Shown piece by piece: positions 39,821 through 52,625 of a DNA stretch of 64,000 nucleotides (the stretch's first letter is position 1; each line of letters begins with the position of its first letter). This stretch comes from an uncultured Methanomassiliicoccales archaeon. GTDB taxonomy: Archaea > Thermoplasmatota > Thermoplasmata > Methanomassiliicoccales > UBA472. The notes beneath the pieces are model-generated. The model was not told where the DNA came from. It did not search any database and saw only the letters and a list, made by a program, of their open reading frames with translations. A program made the position numbers and the translations under genes. The stretch is from NCBI GenBank assembly GCA_963695345.1, contig OY968769.1, positions 416,001-480,000 on the forward strand, written 5' to 3'.

Positions 39821-39903
39821 ACAACGGTATTATAAATGAGTCTGTTAAGGATTGTCCTCGATCCTGCCGTACTCACGAAGATGTCAAAAAATTACCGGGA
39901 CTG

Positions 39904-40325
39904 TCAGGGTGAGATGACCTCTACGTCCATCGGTATGCCCGCCTTCACGCTCTGGGAGACGATGCAGAAGTCCTCGAATATCTCCTGGCAGAGCTTCAGT
40001 TTGGACGGATCGGACAATTCTGGGTGGAGGATGACCTTGATGTGGGTTATCCTCAGGCGACCGCGTTCGTTCCTCTCCATCCTGCTGAACACCTCGGCGC
40101 TGAGGGACAGCATCTCGGTATGGGTCCTCCGCACGCAGAAGGACAGGCTTTCGCACAGGCAGTTTCCGACCGCCGCCGCCAGGAACTTACCGGCGTTGGG
40201 GTACAGTCGCCAGTGCCCAGAGGCTTTGGCTCGTCCATGAATATCTCCTGCGCGCTGTTCATGTCGATGCGGAACCGGTAACCTTCCACCATCTCCATGC
40301 TGACCTTGAACGTCTCCTCCTCCAT
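39904..40325 (-). CDS. OsmC/Ohr family protein; frameshift near 40205
   Basis: MDEPKPLG, corrected YPNAGKFLAAAVGNCLC, FCIVSQSV. Confidence 0.85.
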
Positions 40326-40329
40326 GTGG

Positions 40330-41524
40330 TCACTTCTCCAGTTCCATGCGCTCGATCTGCTTCAGGACCCTTGACCGGATCTCCTTGGGATGGAGCTGGC
40401 GGGCTGACCCTCTTGCCCTTGTCCAGCAGTTTGACCTCGGCCAACCTCATCTCCCGTTGACAGTGTGGGCAGATCGGTATCTCGTCCTCGGAACGGGAGA
40501 CTCCGAACTCGAAGCAGTTCTCGCACCTGAAGGCGAACTTGCGGCCTCCGAACTTGCCCCGTTTGGCAACGTTCTTGCCCTCCTTCTCGACGATGTCCAT
40601 GGCGAAGTCGATGGTCGGAGCGTTGCTGATGCTGGTTCCGACTCCGAATCCGTCCGCACCTGCCTTGGACAGTTCGTTGATTGTGCGGTCGCAGAGCCCG
40701 CCAGAGACGATGATCTTGACCCCCTTGTAGCCTCGGGAGTCCATCTCCCAGCGCACCTCGCGTATGATGTCCGGGAAATTCCCCCGTCTCGACCCAGGTG
40801 TGTCCAGCCGGACGGCGAACAGGTCCTTGATGGTCTCACAGGCCATGATCGCCTCGAACTTCTCGTCACAGTAGGTGTCGACCAGCGCCACCCGCGGGAC
40901 CTCCGGCTCAACGACCTCATCGAACGCCTTGAATGCCTGGCGCTGATCGCCGATCATTATGACCAGGGCATGGGGCATGGTGCCGGATGGCTCCTGCTCC
41001 ACGGTCTCCGCCCCGATGATGGACGATACCGCGTCGCAACCCCCGATGTACGAGGAACGGTCGATGACCGGGGCGATGGCCGGGTGCATGCGGCGCACAC
41101 CGAACGACAGGACCATCTTGCCTTCGGCCGCTATCTTGCAGCGCGATGACATGGTAGCCACGCCGCTGGCGAAGCACATGAACCCCAGGGCCGGCGACTC
41201 GTATGGGCAGTATTCCCCGTAGGGCCCTTCCAGTTTCATGACCGGTACCTTGACCCCGTCGAAGCTGCGGGACCGGAATATCGTTCCCTCCGGAATGCCA
41301 ACCAGGTCTACGTTCTTGCCCTCGAAGAGCCTGATCACCTCCTCGGAACCGCAGAACACGCCCCAAGGCCAGGAGTCGGGCAGAGAGGCCACCGTGAACT
41401 CCGACAGCGTGTCGACCCCGAGAAGGCCTCGCTCCCGGAGGACCTGCATGGTCCTCTCGAAGTAAATGTCGGTCGTCCTGCCATCGGCAATGTCCTCGTC
41501 AGATGCCCCGAAGAACTTACCCAA
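40330..41524 (-). CDS. pncB: Nicotinate phosphoribosyltransferase; frameshift near C-terminus (~40400)
   Basis: TDIYF, SFGVRR, GTMPH, VDTY, VRLDTP, VSGG, GVGT. Confidence 0.92.
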
Positions 41525-41608
41525 TTTCCCGCCTCCCTGACCCGAACGGTATCTGACTAAAGAAATGTTCTGGCAGGAAAAATGGAATAAAGGGTTTGCG
41601 GACCCGCT

Positions 41609-42891
<1,283 letters not shown>

Positions 42892-42935
42892 CGGGATCTC
42901 TCCTTACGCAGGAACTGACCCCGAAGCATGGTAGA

Positions 42936-43914
42936 TTACCTAATAGGTTTCGCCTGGTCATCGCCGGTGGTATCGATGATCTCCATGTTGCGTTCGAGGA
43001 GGGCCATCTCCCTGACGCTCAGGGTCCGAGGGTCGACGGAGATGATCAGGGTGGACTTGTACTCCATGACCGCCTCGACGATATGATGCATCATCCTGAG
43101 CACCTTCTCGAAGTCGTTGTTGACGATCAGGAACTCGATCCCGTCTATTATGACGACCGACTCCCCGGATTTCTCCACAAATCGTATGATCGTGTCGGAT
43201 AGGATGCCGATGTTCGTCGGGTTGACGTAGACCTTGCCCAGCTGGTTCGACAGCCATATTATGGGGGTCTTTTCGATCTTCCAGGTGGTCCGGATAGTGG
43301 TCGGATGCTGTCTGGTGACGCAAAGTCCCTGTATGTTATGGGTGACCTGGTCGACGAAGATCTCGAAGGACCTCTCCGGCTTGGATTCCTTGACCACATA
43401 GCCGAAACCTTTTCTCAGCTCATACTGCTTGGCGGACCGCTTGGCCTTCTCCATTCCGGCCGGCGGCGAGCGAGTGGGGACCATCTTGGAGAACATCTTG
43501 GACAGTCCGCTCTGCTTCTTCACTTCCGGCTCGATGACGATCTGGGAGGGAGTCTCCAATACCGCCTTCAGACCTTTCCGTGAGCTCCAGGTTGTTGAAT
43601 GGCTTGCGGATGTAGCCGGAAACCACATCCTGTAGCCCGAAAATGTCGGTACCGATCTCGGTGGTGGCCGTCAGCATCATCACCTTGAGCTTCTCGGTCG
43701 CCCCGACCTCCTTCAGCTTCCTCAGCACCGTCCATCCGTCCATGTCAGGCATGTTGATGTCCAACAGGACCAGGTCCGGCTGCTCGGAGGCCACCTTATC
43801 AAGGCAGTCCTTACCTCCAGTGGCTGTAATCGGGATGTAACCGGCCGAAGAAACCAGCTCGGACACAATCTCCTGAATTGCCGGATTGTCATCGACTATC
43901 AGGACTTTCTTCAC
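42936..43914 (-). CDS. Response regulator receiver-DUF835 fusion; frameshift near 43578
   Basis: IVDDN, LLDINMP, MLTA and KPF, followed by GLCVTRQHP...IIDGIEFLIVNNDF (DUF835). Confidence 0.85.
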
Positions 43915-44079
43915 AGTACCACCACTGCAGGCATCATGCAATCCTCTGAGATTGAATTGGACCCTAAAAACTTATCCTCTGAATAATCAGCTCAAACAAA
44001 ACAGAAGATATCAAAATGCGGTCGGGCATCTGACCGACCACAATTTCGTAAAAATGGAAAAGTGGTTGACGAAAGGCGA

Positions 44080-44229
44080 TTACGCCTTTCTTGATTCCTT
44101 AGCCTTCAGGCGAAGGTGATCGTATCCGCATTTCCTGCACCGGGTGGCCCGGGGGGCGTTCCTCGCGTAGCAGTTCATGCAGACCATCTTGTTAAGAAGC
44201 CTAGCATCAGCTTCCTTGAATCGTGCCAT
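44080..44229 (-). CDS. rpl40e: 50S ribosomal protein L40e
   Basis: Manual translation: [49 protein letters not shown]. Confidence 0.96.
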   Translation of the reverse strand: MARFKEADARLLNKMVCMNCYARNAPRATRCRKCGYDHLRLKAKESRKA

Positions 44230-44294
44230 ATGAGTCCTCTCCGCCTTGAAACATAGAAGGAATATAAAAACGTTGGCAACGCCAAAGCCGTTCC

Positions 44295-45263
44295 CTAACG
44301 TTCACCCTTCGATTTGTCGCCCACTATGACCAGGTGCGCCAGGAGCGATTCTAGCTGAATGCGCTCGTTCGACCCCTCCACGATCCGGAACTCGATCTCC
44401 CCGGTCTTGTCGATGAGCATCACCTTGTCATAATCTGGAATGCTCAGGTCAAAGAATGAGCGGTGTATCTGCTTGATGATGTCCTCTCCGCTCAGGCCGT
44501 ATGTGAGCATGATCTCGTCCAGTTTGTTCCTGGCACCCACGAAATCCCCTGACAGCGCGGTCTCGATCATGGCCAGGACCTCGTCGGGCCGGGCGTTGCC
44601 GGTCGTCTGGTAGACCACCTCCAGTGTGACCTCGGTGCCTACGGCCGCCGCCACCTGCAGGGCATTGATCGACTTCCTCATGTCCCCTTCCCCGACGTGG
44701 ACCACCGCATCCAATGCCTCCTCGGTGATGGACACCTTCTCTTCCAGGGCGATTCGCCTCAGATATTCCTTGACATCCTCCGCCCTGAGGGGCTTGAACC
44801 GGAACACGGCGCAACGGGATTGGATCGGTTCGATGATCTTGGATGAATAATTACAGGAAAGGACGAAACGGCAGTTAGCCGAATACTTCTCCATAGTCCT
44901 TCTCAGGGCAGCTTGTGCGTCGGAGGTGAGCGCGTCCGCCTCGTCCAGGAAGATGATCTTGAATGAAGAACCGCCAATGGGCGAGGTCCTGGCGAAGTCC
45001 TTGATCTTTCCCCGGACCACGTCGATGCCCCTCTCGTCCGAGGCGTTCAATTCCACGAAGTTGTCCCGCCAGCTGCTCCCGAAGAGCTCTCGCGCCAAGG
45101 CCAGCGCCGATGTGGTCTTTCCGGTGCCAGCGGGACCAGCGAACATCAGATGGGGCAGGTTCCCGGATCGAGCGTAGGAGCGCAGCCTATCCACGATCTG
45201 GCTCTGCCCGACGATGTCGTCCAGCGTCTTAGGCCGGTACTTCTCGATCCATATCTCGTTCAT
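44295..45263 (-). CDS. rfcS: Replication factor C small subunit (no intein)
   Basis: [32 protein letters not shown]. Confidence 0.96.
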   Translation of the reverse strand: MNEIWIEKYRPKTLDDIVGQSQIVDRLRSYARSGNLPHLMFAGPAGTGKTTSALALARELFGSSWRDNFVELNASDERGIDVVRGKIKDFARTSPIGGSSFKIIFLDEADALTSDAQAALRRTMEKYSANCRFVLSCNYSSKIIEPIQSRCAVFRFKPLRAEDVKEYLRRIALEEKVSITEEALDAVVHVGEGDMRKSINALQVAAAVGTEVTLEVVYQTTGNARPDEVLAMIETALSGDFVGARNKLDEIMLTYGLSGEDIIKQIHRSFFDLSIPDYDKVMLIDKTGEIEFRIVEGSNERIQLESLLAHLVIVGDKSKGER

Positions 45264-45436
45264 GGCTACCGATTCCAGCTAATGACAGCGGTCATGAAAA
45301 TACTTTGGGTTGGGGCGGCGGAAGTGGTCCATCGGTGAGGTTCGGCCTATATGCCGATGACCACCTGAATGGTCAATCATCGAGATGAAGGAGGAGTTAC
45401 GAACAAGATTATTAACCGGACCGCCTCTGAGCGTCC

Positions 45437-46369
45437 GTGGTCCGCTGCACGAAGTGCTCAGAAGATTCGGTAACGTTCATCCGTTACAATGGCAACAGCC
45501 TGTGCCCGACGCACTTCAGTGAATACGTGGAGAAGCGGATCAAGAAGGAGATACGATCGCAATTGGAGATCGGCCGCGGGAAGCACATAACCGTTGCCAT
45601 TTCTGGTGGTAAGGATAGCTCGGTCGCCTTGCACACCATGGCCATGATCCTGGGAGACCGGAGGGATGTCAGGCTGAGCGCGTTCACCGTGGACGAGGGC
45701 ATCGCCAGCTACCGCCCGGCAACCATGGAAAAGGTCATCCAGCTCACCAGAAGGCTGGGGATAGAGCATCACGTGATCAGCTTCCAGGATGAGGTGGGGA
45801 CGACCATGGACGAACTTGCCCCGATATCCGGTGACCAGTCGCCCTGTTCCTTTTGCGGGGTGTTCCGCCGGCGCTGCATGAACAAAGCGGCAAAAGAGCT
45901 CGGGGCGGACATCATAGCCACCGGCCACAACCTGGACGATACCGCGCAGAGCGTTCTGATGAACTTCATGCGGGGGGACGTCGAAAGGCTTGCCCGGCTG
46001 GGTCCGCACCTGCGCATCCAACCAGGCCTGGTACCGAGGATCGAACCGCTCCGGATGATACCGGAGAAGGAATCATACCTCTACGCGCTGCTGAACGACC
46101 TGGAATTCTCCGATGACGAGTGCCCGTACGCGGGGGGGGCACTTCGGAACGACTATCGGGCGATGATCGACGAGATGGAACAGAAGCACCCGGGGACCAA
46201 GTTCTCCATCGTGGCCAGCTATGACGCCATCCGCCCGATGCTGAGGGACCGTTTCCCTGCTTCCGAACTGGGACGATGCCGATGCGGCGAACCCACGTGC
46301 AACGAGCAGTGCATGGCCTGCGAGATGGTGGAGAGAGCCAGGAAAGTTCTGCAAAAGAAGAAGGGTTGA
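45437..46369 (+). CDS. TtuA/NcsA-type tRNA 2-thiolation protein
   Basis: N- and C-terminal Zn fingers, SGGKDS, CSFCGVFRR, GHNLDD, CPY. Confidence 0.9.
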   Translation: MVRCTKCSEDSVTFIRYNGNSLCPTHFSEYVEKRIKKEIRSQLEIGRGKHITVAISGGKDSSVALHTMAMILGDRRDVRLSAFTVDEGIASYRPATMEKVIQLTRRLGIEHHVISFQDEVGTTMDELAPISGDQSPCSFCGVFRRRCMNKAAKELGADIIATGHNLDDTAQSVLMNFMRGDVERLARLGPHLRIQPGLVPRIEPLRMIPEKESYLYALLNDLEFSDDECPYAGGALRNDYRAMIDEMEQKHPGTKFSIVASYDAIRPMLRDRFPASELGRCRCGEPTCNEQCMACEMVERARKVLQKKKG

Positions 46370-46396
46370 AAAGGGTTTGAAGGGTTTTCAGCGGGC

Positions 46397-47674
46397 TTAG
46401 ACGAGCTCGTGGAACTTGTACGCCTCTTCGCCCTCGCTCAGGCAGTACCTGATCTTGGTGAAGTTCTTTTTGAGCGCCTTGACATCATTCCTGACGGTCT
46501 CCGGCTTCTCCTTCTTCACCACGACGCGGTGGATGAAGCTGGCGACCTCCTTCATCTCGCTCTCCTTCATCCCCACGCGGGTGAGCTCCTGCATGCCCAG
46601 CCTTATGCCGCTGGGCCGGATCGATGATTCGTCACCAGGGAGCATGTTCTTGTTGCAGATGAGGTTGGCCGCTTCCATGTCCCTCGAGGCCTGGTCACCG
46701 CCGCCGTGCGCTCCCACGTTCACCGCGATGGTGTGCGATGCGGTGAAGCCTTTGTGCTCGCATAGGACATCGAATCCCAGCTCGTACATCGCCTGACCGA
46801 GTGCCTTCGCGTTCTTGCATATCTGGGCCGCGTATTGCTGACCGTAGATCTCCCACTCGGCCAAGGTGACGGCGAGGGCCGCCATCTCATGCAGGTGGTG
46901 CGACGACGTGACACCGGGGAAGACCGCCTTGTTCAGCCTCTTCTCCATCTCGTCGGTCACGTTTTCAGCGAGCAAGATACCGTGGTTAGGACCGGGGAAC
47001 GTCTTGTGCGTCGATGCGGAGATCAGGTTGGCCCCCTCATGCAGAGGGTCTTGGAACTGACCGCCGGCGATCAGGCCGAGGACGTGAGCCGCGTCATACC
47101 AAACGGTACATCCCACTTCATCGAACGTGTCCCTCAGCTCCTTAAGGGGGATCGGGAACAGGAAAAGCGACATGCCGAACTGCGCCACCTTCGGCCTGAC
47201 CTGTTCAAGGACCTTTCTGGTCCCATCGATGTCCAGGACCATGTCCTTGGTGTCGAACGGATAGGTTACCGTGTTCACCCCGCGGAACCCGGTGGCTCCG
47301 AACTTGGCGGTGGAGATATGCGCCCCATTGTCCAGCGAGGCGGTGGTGATCGTGTCGCCTGGCTCGGTCAACGCAAAGAGCGCGGCCATGTTGGCCACGG
47401 TGCCTGAGATAGGCCTGACGTCGGCGAACTTGCACTTGAAAATCCTCTGTGCCAGTTCCATGCACCTGATCTCGACCTTGTCAACGTAGATGTTGCCGCG
47501 GTAGTACCTCTTTCCGGGCATACCCTCCGCATAACGATCGGCGAAATCGGAAATCATCATCTCTTTTGCCAAAGGGCTCATGAGGTTCTCCGAGGCGATC
47601 ATTGGGATACACTCCTCGAACCACTTGTTATGCTCCTTGACCTGTTCAATAACCCAGTATGCATCTTCCTTCAT
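46397..47674 (-). CDS. glyA: Serine hydroxymethyltransferase
   Basis: IASEN, YAEG, DAAH, STHKTFPGP, SGIRLG. Confidence 0.95.
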   Translation of the reverse strand: MKEDAYWVIEQVKEHNKWFEECIPMIASENLMSPLAKEMMISDFADRYAEGMPGKRYYRGNIYVDKVEIRCMELAQRIFKCKFADVRPISGTVANMAALFALTEPGDTITTASLDNGAHISTAKFGATGFRGVNTVTYPFDTKDMVLDIDGTRKVLEQVRPKVAQFGMSLFLFPIPLKELRDTFDEVGCTVWYDAAHVLGLIAGGQFQDPLHEGANLISASTHKTFPGPNHGILLAENVTDEMEKRLNKAVFPGVTSSHHLHEMAALAVTLAEWEIYGQQYAAQICKNAKALGQAMYELGFDVLCEHKGFTASHTIAVNVGAHGGGDQASRDMEAANLICNKNMLPGDESSIRPSGIRLGMQELTRVGMKESEMKEVASFIHRVVVKKEKPETVRNDVKALKKNFTKIRYCLSEGEEAYKFHELV

Positions 47675-47767
47675 GCGGAGTCCCACAAGGACATTCATGA
47701 ACGTATTAAAAAAAGGTATTGCTGTTGGCTATGGGGTTGTTGAACCGGGCGGATGCCTACCGCCAGC

Positions 47768-48808
47768 TCATGTCCCGATCCGTTTCTTGAACTCGCCGAT
47801 GACATCCACCGGGGTCGGGTCCACGCCGCATAGCCTGGCCATGTAGTAGCTTACCAGGTCTCCCAGGATGAGCCCGTAGATGAGGTTCTCCATCAGGGTC
47901 TCCCCCTCCAACTGCACCACGATCGGGTCCAATCCCCTCTCGTTGAACATCTGGATCGTGACCTGGGTCATCTTCTTCACGGTGGGCTCCAGGGCGCTCG
48001 GGACTATGAACACGGGTTTCAGTTTGCTGACCTCGAAACCGCTCAGCCAGCCCACCATCTGGTTATGGTTCATCTCCGGGATCTCTCCGGAGAAGGCGAC
48101 CACCTTTGAGTTCTCACTTATCTGGTTCTGCCAACGCACACCAACGCTGCGGATCGAACGAGGACAATACACCGCCGGGACCTTCCCGAACAATGCCAGC
48201 GCGATCTTTTTGGCGGCGTTGTTCGATGTGGGCACGTCCGGGGCCAGCCTTTGCGCGGCAGAACGGGCGAACGGGATCACATCCTCGATTGCCTCCACCG
48301 GAGTGCAGGCGCCGGCCGCTTCCAGTATTACCGCGGCCGATCCGAGAAGATAGCCCAAGGCCGCCCTTGGCTGTATGCCAGCCGGAACGAGGATGAAAGG
48401 GAGACCGTGCTCCTTCGCCTTCCTGATCAACTCCCCGCCCGAGGAGACGCATACCGTCTTCAATTTCCTAGATAGGGAGTCCTCAAAGACATCCAGAGCC
48501 TCCTTGGTATTGCCGGAATAGCTGATGACGACGACCAATGTACTGCTGTCCACCCAGCTGGGCAGGGAAACGCTCCGGACCACTGTTACGTGCTTGTGGC
48601 AAATGGGGGCCAGATAGTCTACGATTATGTCACCGCACATTGCCGATCCGCCAATTCCGCAAAGGCAAATGCTGCTGACGCCAGACAGAGGCTGGACCTG
48701 GTAACCGATGGCCTCCTTGATGTTATTGACGAAGCCATTGATCTGGGATAACATGTCCATTCGGTCCCAGACGGAATAACTCTGGAGGTCGTCGAGCTTC
48801 TCTTCCAT
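47768..48808 (-). CDS. Bifunctional phosphoglucose/phosphomannose isomerase
   Basis: GIGGSA, SYSGNT, SSGG, PRAA, ENSK, PEMNHN. Confidence 0.92.
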   Translation of the reverse strand: MEEKLDDLQSYSVWDRMDMLSQINGFVNNIKEAIGYQVQPLSGVSSICLCGIGGSAMCGDIIVDYLAPICHKHVTVVRSVSLPSWVDSSTLVVVISYSGNTKEALDVFEDSLSRKLKTVCVSSGGELIRKAKEHGLPFILVPAGIQPRAALGYLLGSAAVILEAAGACTPVEAIEDVIPFARSAAQRLAPDVPTSNNAAKKIALALFGKVPAVYCPRSIRSVGVRWQNQISENSKVVAFSGEIPEMNHNQMVGWLSGFEVSKLKPVFIVPSALEPTVKKMTQVTIQMFNERGLDPIVVQLEGETLMENLIYGLILGDLVSYYMARLCGVDPTPVDVIGEFKKRIGT

Positions 48809-48968
48809 GGGACCGAATTCATTTCCTCGTACTATAAGCCTTTTAGCCATTTCCCGGAAGGAACCTCCGAATTCATCAACTGGAGGCTCGAAACACCAAC
48901 TAACCATTCCCCTTGTAGTTGCACAATGAATAATATCATACCCTCGATTCGTACCGACAAGTGAGAAC

Positions 48969-49677
48969 ATGAAAAGCACTGTGGAAGAAGCGTTGAAGGA
49001 CCTGCGCGCCGGAAAGATCGTGCTGGTCTTCGATTCAGATGACCGTGAGCGGGAGACCGACATGGTCGTGGCATCGGAGTTCGTAACGCCCAGTGTGATC
49101 ATGCAGATGCGCAAGGAGGCTGGAGGCCTTATCTGCACCGCCGCTCATGACGACATCAAGGAGAAGTTCGACCTGCCATTCCTGGTCGACGTCTTCTCAT
49201 GTTCCTCCAAATCCCACCCGGTCATGGATCTGCTGTCGCCAACTGACATCCCTTATGATACCAAGTCCGCATTTTCCATCACCATCAATCACCGAGCGAC
49301 ATTCACCGGGATAACCGATACCGACCGTGCCCTGACCATCTCGGAGTTCGCCAAGCTGGCAAAGCGCACTAAGGACATGACCGGATGAGAACGCCCGCGC
49401 CGAGTTCGGTAGGATGTTCCGGGCACCAGGCCACGTCCATCTCCTCAATGCCAGCAAGGAATTGCTGGTCAAGCGCTTTGGGCACACCGAGCTCTCCACC
49501 GCCCTGTTGGTGATGACGGGATTGACCCCGTCGGCCACGGTCTGCGAGATGATGGGCGACGACGGCAACGCTCTTTCAAAGGAAAAGGCTAAAGAATACG
49601 CTGAGAGGTTCGATCTCTGCTTCCTTGAAGGGAGACAGATCATCGACTCCTGGAAGAAGTGGGAGAAGCATAAATGA
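48969..49677 (+). CDS. ribB: 3,4-dihydroxy-2-butanone-4-phosphate synthase; +1 frameshift near 49384
   Basis: [37 protein letters not shown]. Confidence 0.93.
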
Positions 49678-50102
49678 CCAGAGTGATGGCCACAGGCGTC
49701 TTCGACATTCTGCATTCGGGGCATCTGAGGTATCTTCAGGAAGCAAAACTGCTCGGCGATGAGCTTGTGGTGGTCGTGGCTACCGATGCCACCGTCCGAA
49801 AGCAGAAGCACGAACCGATCACCCCGGAGAAGATGAGACTGGAACTGGTGGCCGCCTTGAAGCCGGTCGACCGGGCCTTCCTAGGGAAGGAGGGGGACAT
49901 GTTCGAGATCGTCAGGGAAGTGAACCCGGACATAATCGTCCTTGGCTATGACCAGGCATTCGACGAGGAGAAGCTCGAGGCGGAACTGGCCAAGCGAGGT
50001 CTGAAGGCCAGGGTGGTCCGACTGTCGAAGCACGGCGAGGACCTCAACGGGACCCGCAAGATCATCAAGAAGATCATCGACTGGTACTCCAATCAACAAT
50101 GA
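49674..50102 (+). CDS. ribL: Archaeal FAD synthase
   Basis: GVFDILHSGH, LGYDQ; position within the rib operon. Confidence 0.9.
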   Translation: MTRVMATGVFDILHSGHLRYLQEAKLLGDELVVVVATDATVRKQKHEPITPEKMRLELVAALKPVDRAFLGKEGDMFEIVREVNPDIIVLGYDQAFDEEKLEAELAKRGLKARVVRLSKHGEDLNGTRKIIKKIIDWYSNQQ

Positions 50103-50123
50103 AAAGTCCGAGGGGGAGAAGAA

Positions 50124-50594
<471 letters not shown>

Positions 50595-50598
<4 letters not shown>

Positions 50599-51014
50599 AG
50601 ATGAAGAAGTACAACATCGGAATAGTGGTATCGGAATTCAACTTCGACATAACCCAGATGATGCTGGAAAGGGCCAAGTCACACGCCGAGTTCCTGGAGG
50701 TGAACGTGGTCAAGGTCATCAAGGTCCCGGGCGTGTTCGACATGCCGTTGGCGATCAAGAAGATGTGCCTGGACAAGGGCATCGATGCGATCGTCACGCT
50801 GGGATGCGTCATCGAGGGCGAGACGGAGCACGACGAGATCGTCATCACCAACGCCGCCAGGAAGATCGCCGACCTATCGGTTGAGTATGGAAAGCCGGTC
50901 GCACTCGGCATCACCGGACCGGGCATGACCAGGCTGCAGGCGGAGGACCGCATCGAGAAGGGACGCGATGCGGTCGAGAGCGTCGTCAAGATGCTGAAGC
51001 GGCTCGAAGAGTGA
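50595..51014 (+). CDS. ribH: 6,7-dimethyl-8-ribityllumazine synthase
   Basis: IVVSEFN, VPGVFDMP, LGCVIEGETEHD, LGITGPG. Confidence 0.95.
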
Positions 51015-51027
51015 TCTTGAAACCTAT

Positions 51028-51174
51028 TTCCATCCCCTCCATAGTATGAGGCGGATGGAATGCCTCAGAGGTCGGAGCTAAGACCCAGTATGCATGATAC
51101 TGAAGGCCATACCAAATCCGTCATCCACAAGATCGACCCGAAACGACCAGAGTGGATGCGCATGGTATGCCTCA
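51028..51174. ncRNA. Multi-hairpin intergenic element (candidate structured RNA or bidirectional terminator)
   Basis: Five short stems, listed in the findings, between the convergent ribH and aminotransferase genes. Confidence 0.3.
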
Positions 51175-51288
51175 CCCTCCTTCTGTCTTCTTCAGAACAG
51201 GGTTTCCTTAGCTGAAGGCTGATAATTATTGGATGATAAAAATGATTTCAAGCCTTCGTCTTTCTTAACGAAGGCGTGAGGGTTTCGT

Positions 51289-52484
51289 TCATGCCACCTT
51301 GTTCATGTAGTCCTCGAGCTGGTCGAAGGCCCTTCCCAGGATCTCCTGGTCCGGCAGGAACACGGCCCTGAAGTGGCCCTTCCCGTAGATGGGGCAGAAA
51401 CCAGAGCCGGGAACGAACAGGACGTGCGCGTTGTGCAGCACGTCCAGAACGAACTCCTTGTCCGTCTTCCACTTCTTCGACTCGATCTTGGGGAAGATGT
51501 AGAACGCCCCCTGCGGCTTCTTGGTGCTGATGCCGGGGATCTCGTTGAACCGCTTGTAGGCGAAGTTCCGGCGGTCCTCCAGCTTGTCCATCATTCCCTT
51601 CAGGTGGTCCTTCGGGTGCCTCATCGCTTCGATGACCGCCATCTGGCATGGGGCGTTGGCGCTGAGCCGCAGCCGGAGCTGCTTATTGACCGCCTCCTTG
51701 ATCTCCTCCAGTTCTCCGGTCGGATCGCGGAAGACGGAATAGCCAAGCCTCCAGCCGGGCAGCAGGTCCACCTTGGAGAACCCGTTGACCAGGATCATCG
51801 GGACGTCCTTGGCCAGCGTGGCCGGCGAGTGATGCACTCCGCCGTCGTAGGTCATCAGGTCGTATATCTCGTCCGAGATCATGAACAGGTTGTACTCCCC
51901 GGCCAGGTCGGCCATCTGCTTCAGCACCTTGTCCGAGTAGAGTGCGCCGGTCGGGTTGTTCGGGTTGATGACCACGATGTACTTCGTGCTGCGGCGTGAT
52001 CTTCTTCCTCAGGTCGTCGATGTCCGGCTGCCAGTTCTCCTCTTCGATGGTGCGGTAGGATACCGGCACCCCGCCGAAGAACTTGGTGAACTCGATATAT
52101 GATGGATAGCTCGGACCGGGAGCCAGGACCTCGTCCCCGGACTCGATGGTGGCGGCGGTGATCATCTGGATGCGACTCGGTGACACCGTTGGTGACGATC
52201 ACGTCGTTCTCGTCGATGTCGATCTTGTTCTTCTTCCGCTCCTTATCGACGATGGCCCGCCTCAGCTCGAGGTTGCCCTCGGACTCCTCGTAACCGTTGT
52301 CGCATTTTTCCACGGCAGCGCAGAGGGCGTCCCTTACGTGCTTCGGGGTCCTGAAATCGAACTTATTTGGATCCCCGATGTGCAGCTTCAGGACCTCGAC
52401 CCCCTTCTTCTCCAGCTCCCTGGCCGGCAGAAGGATGTCGCGGATGGCGTATTCTATGCCCAGCGTGCGCTTCGTTGGCTTCAT
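51289..52484 (-). CDS. Class I/II PLP aminotransferase (AlaA-like); frameshifts near 52175 and 51990
   Basis: LHIGDP, INPNNPTG, SDEIY, GFSKVDLLPGWRLG. Confidence 0.9.
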
Positions 52485-52625
52485 GCTAATCGATGCCCAA
52501 ATTAATGTACTACTATTTCTAAGTTCGAGAATAGGTCATTGAATATGCTGGGCAGTTTTGCATCCCTGGAGCGAGCTATGTTCGCCGACGAGATGTTCCA
52601 ATTGAGAATACTTTAAAATACGGGT

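Noticed and set aside
51104-51175. 5S rRNA, hammerhead or FMN riboswitch
   Set aside because: Only GGCCATACC or GAAAC fragments match; the remaining conserved cores are absent
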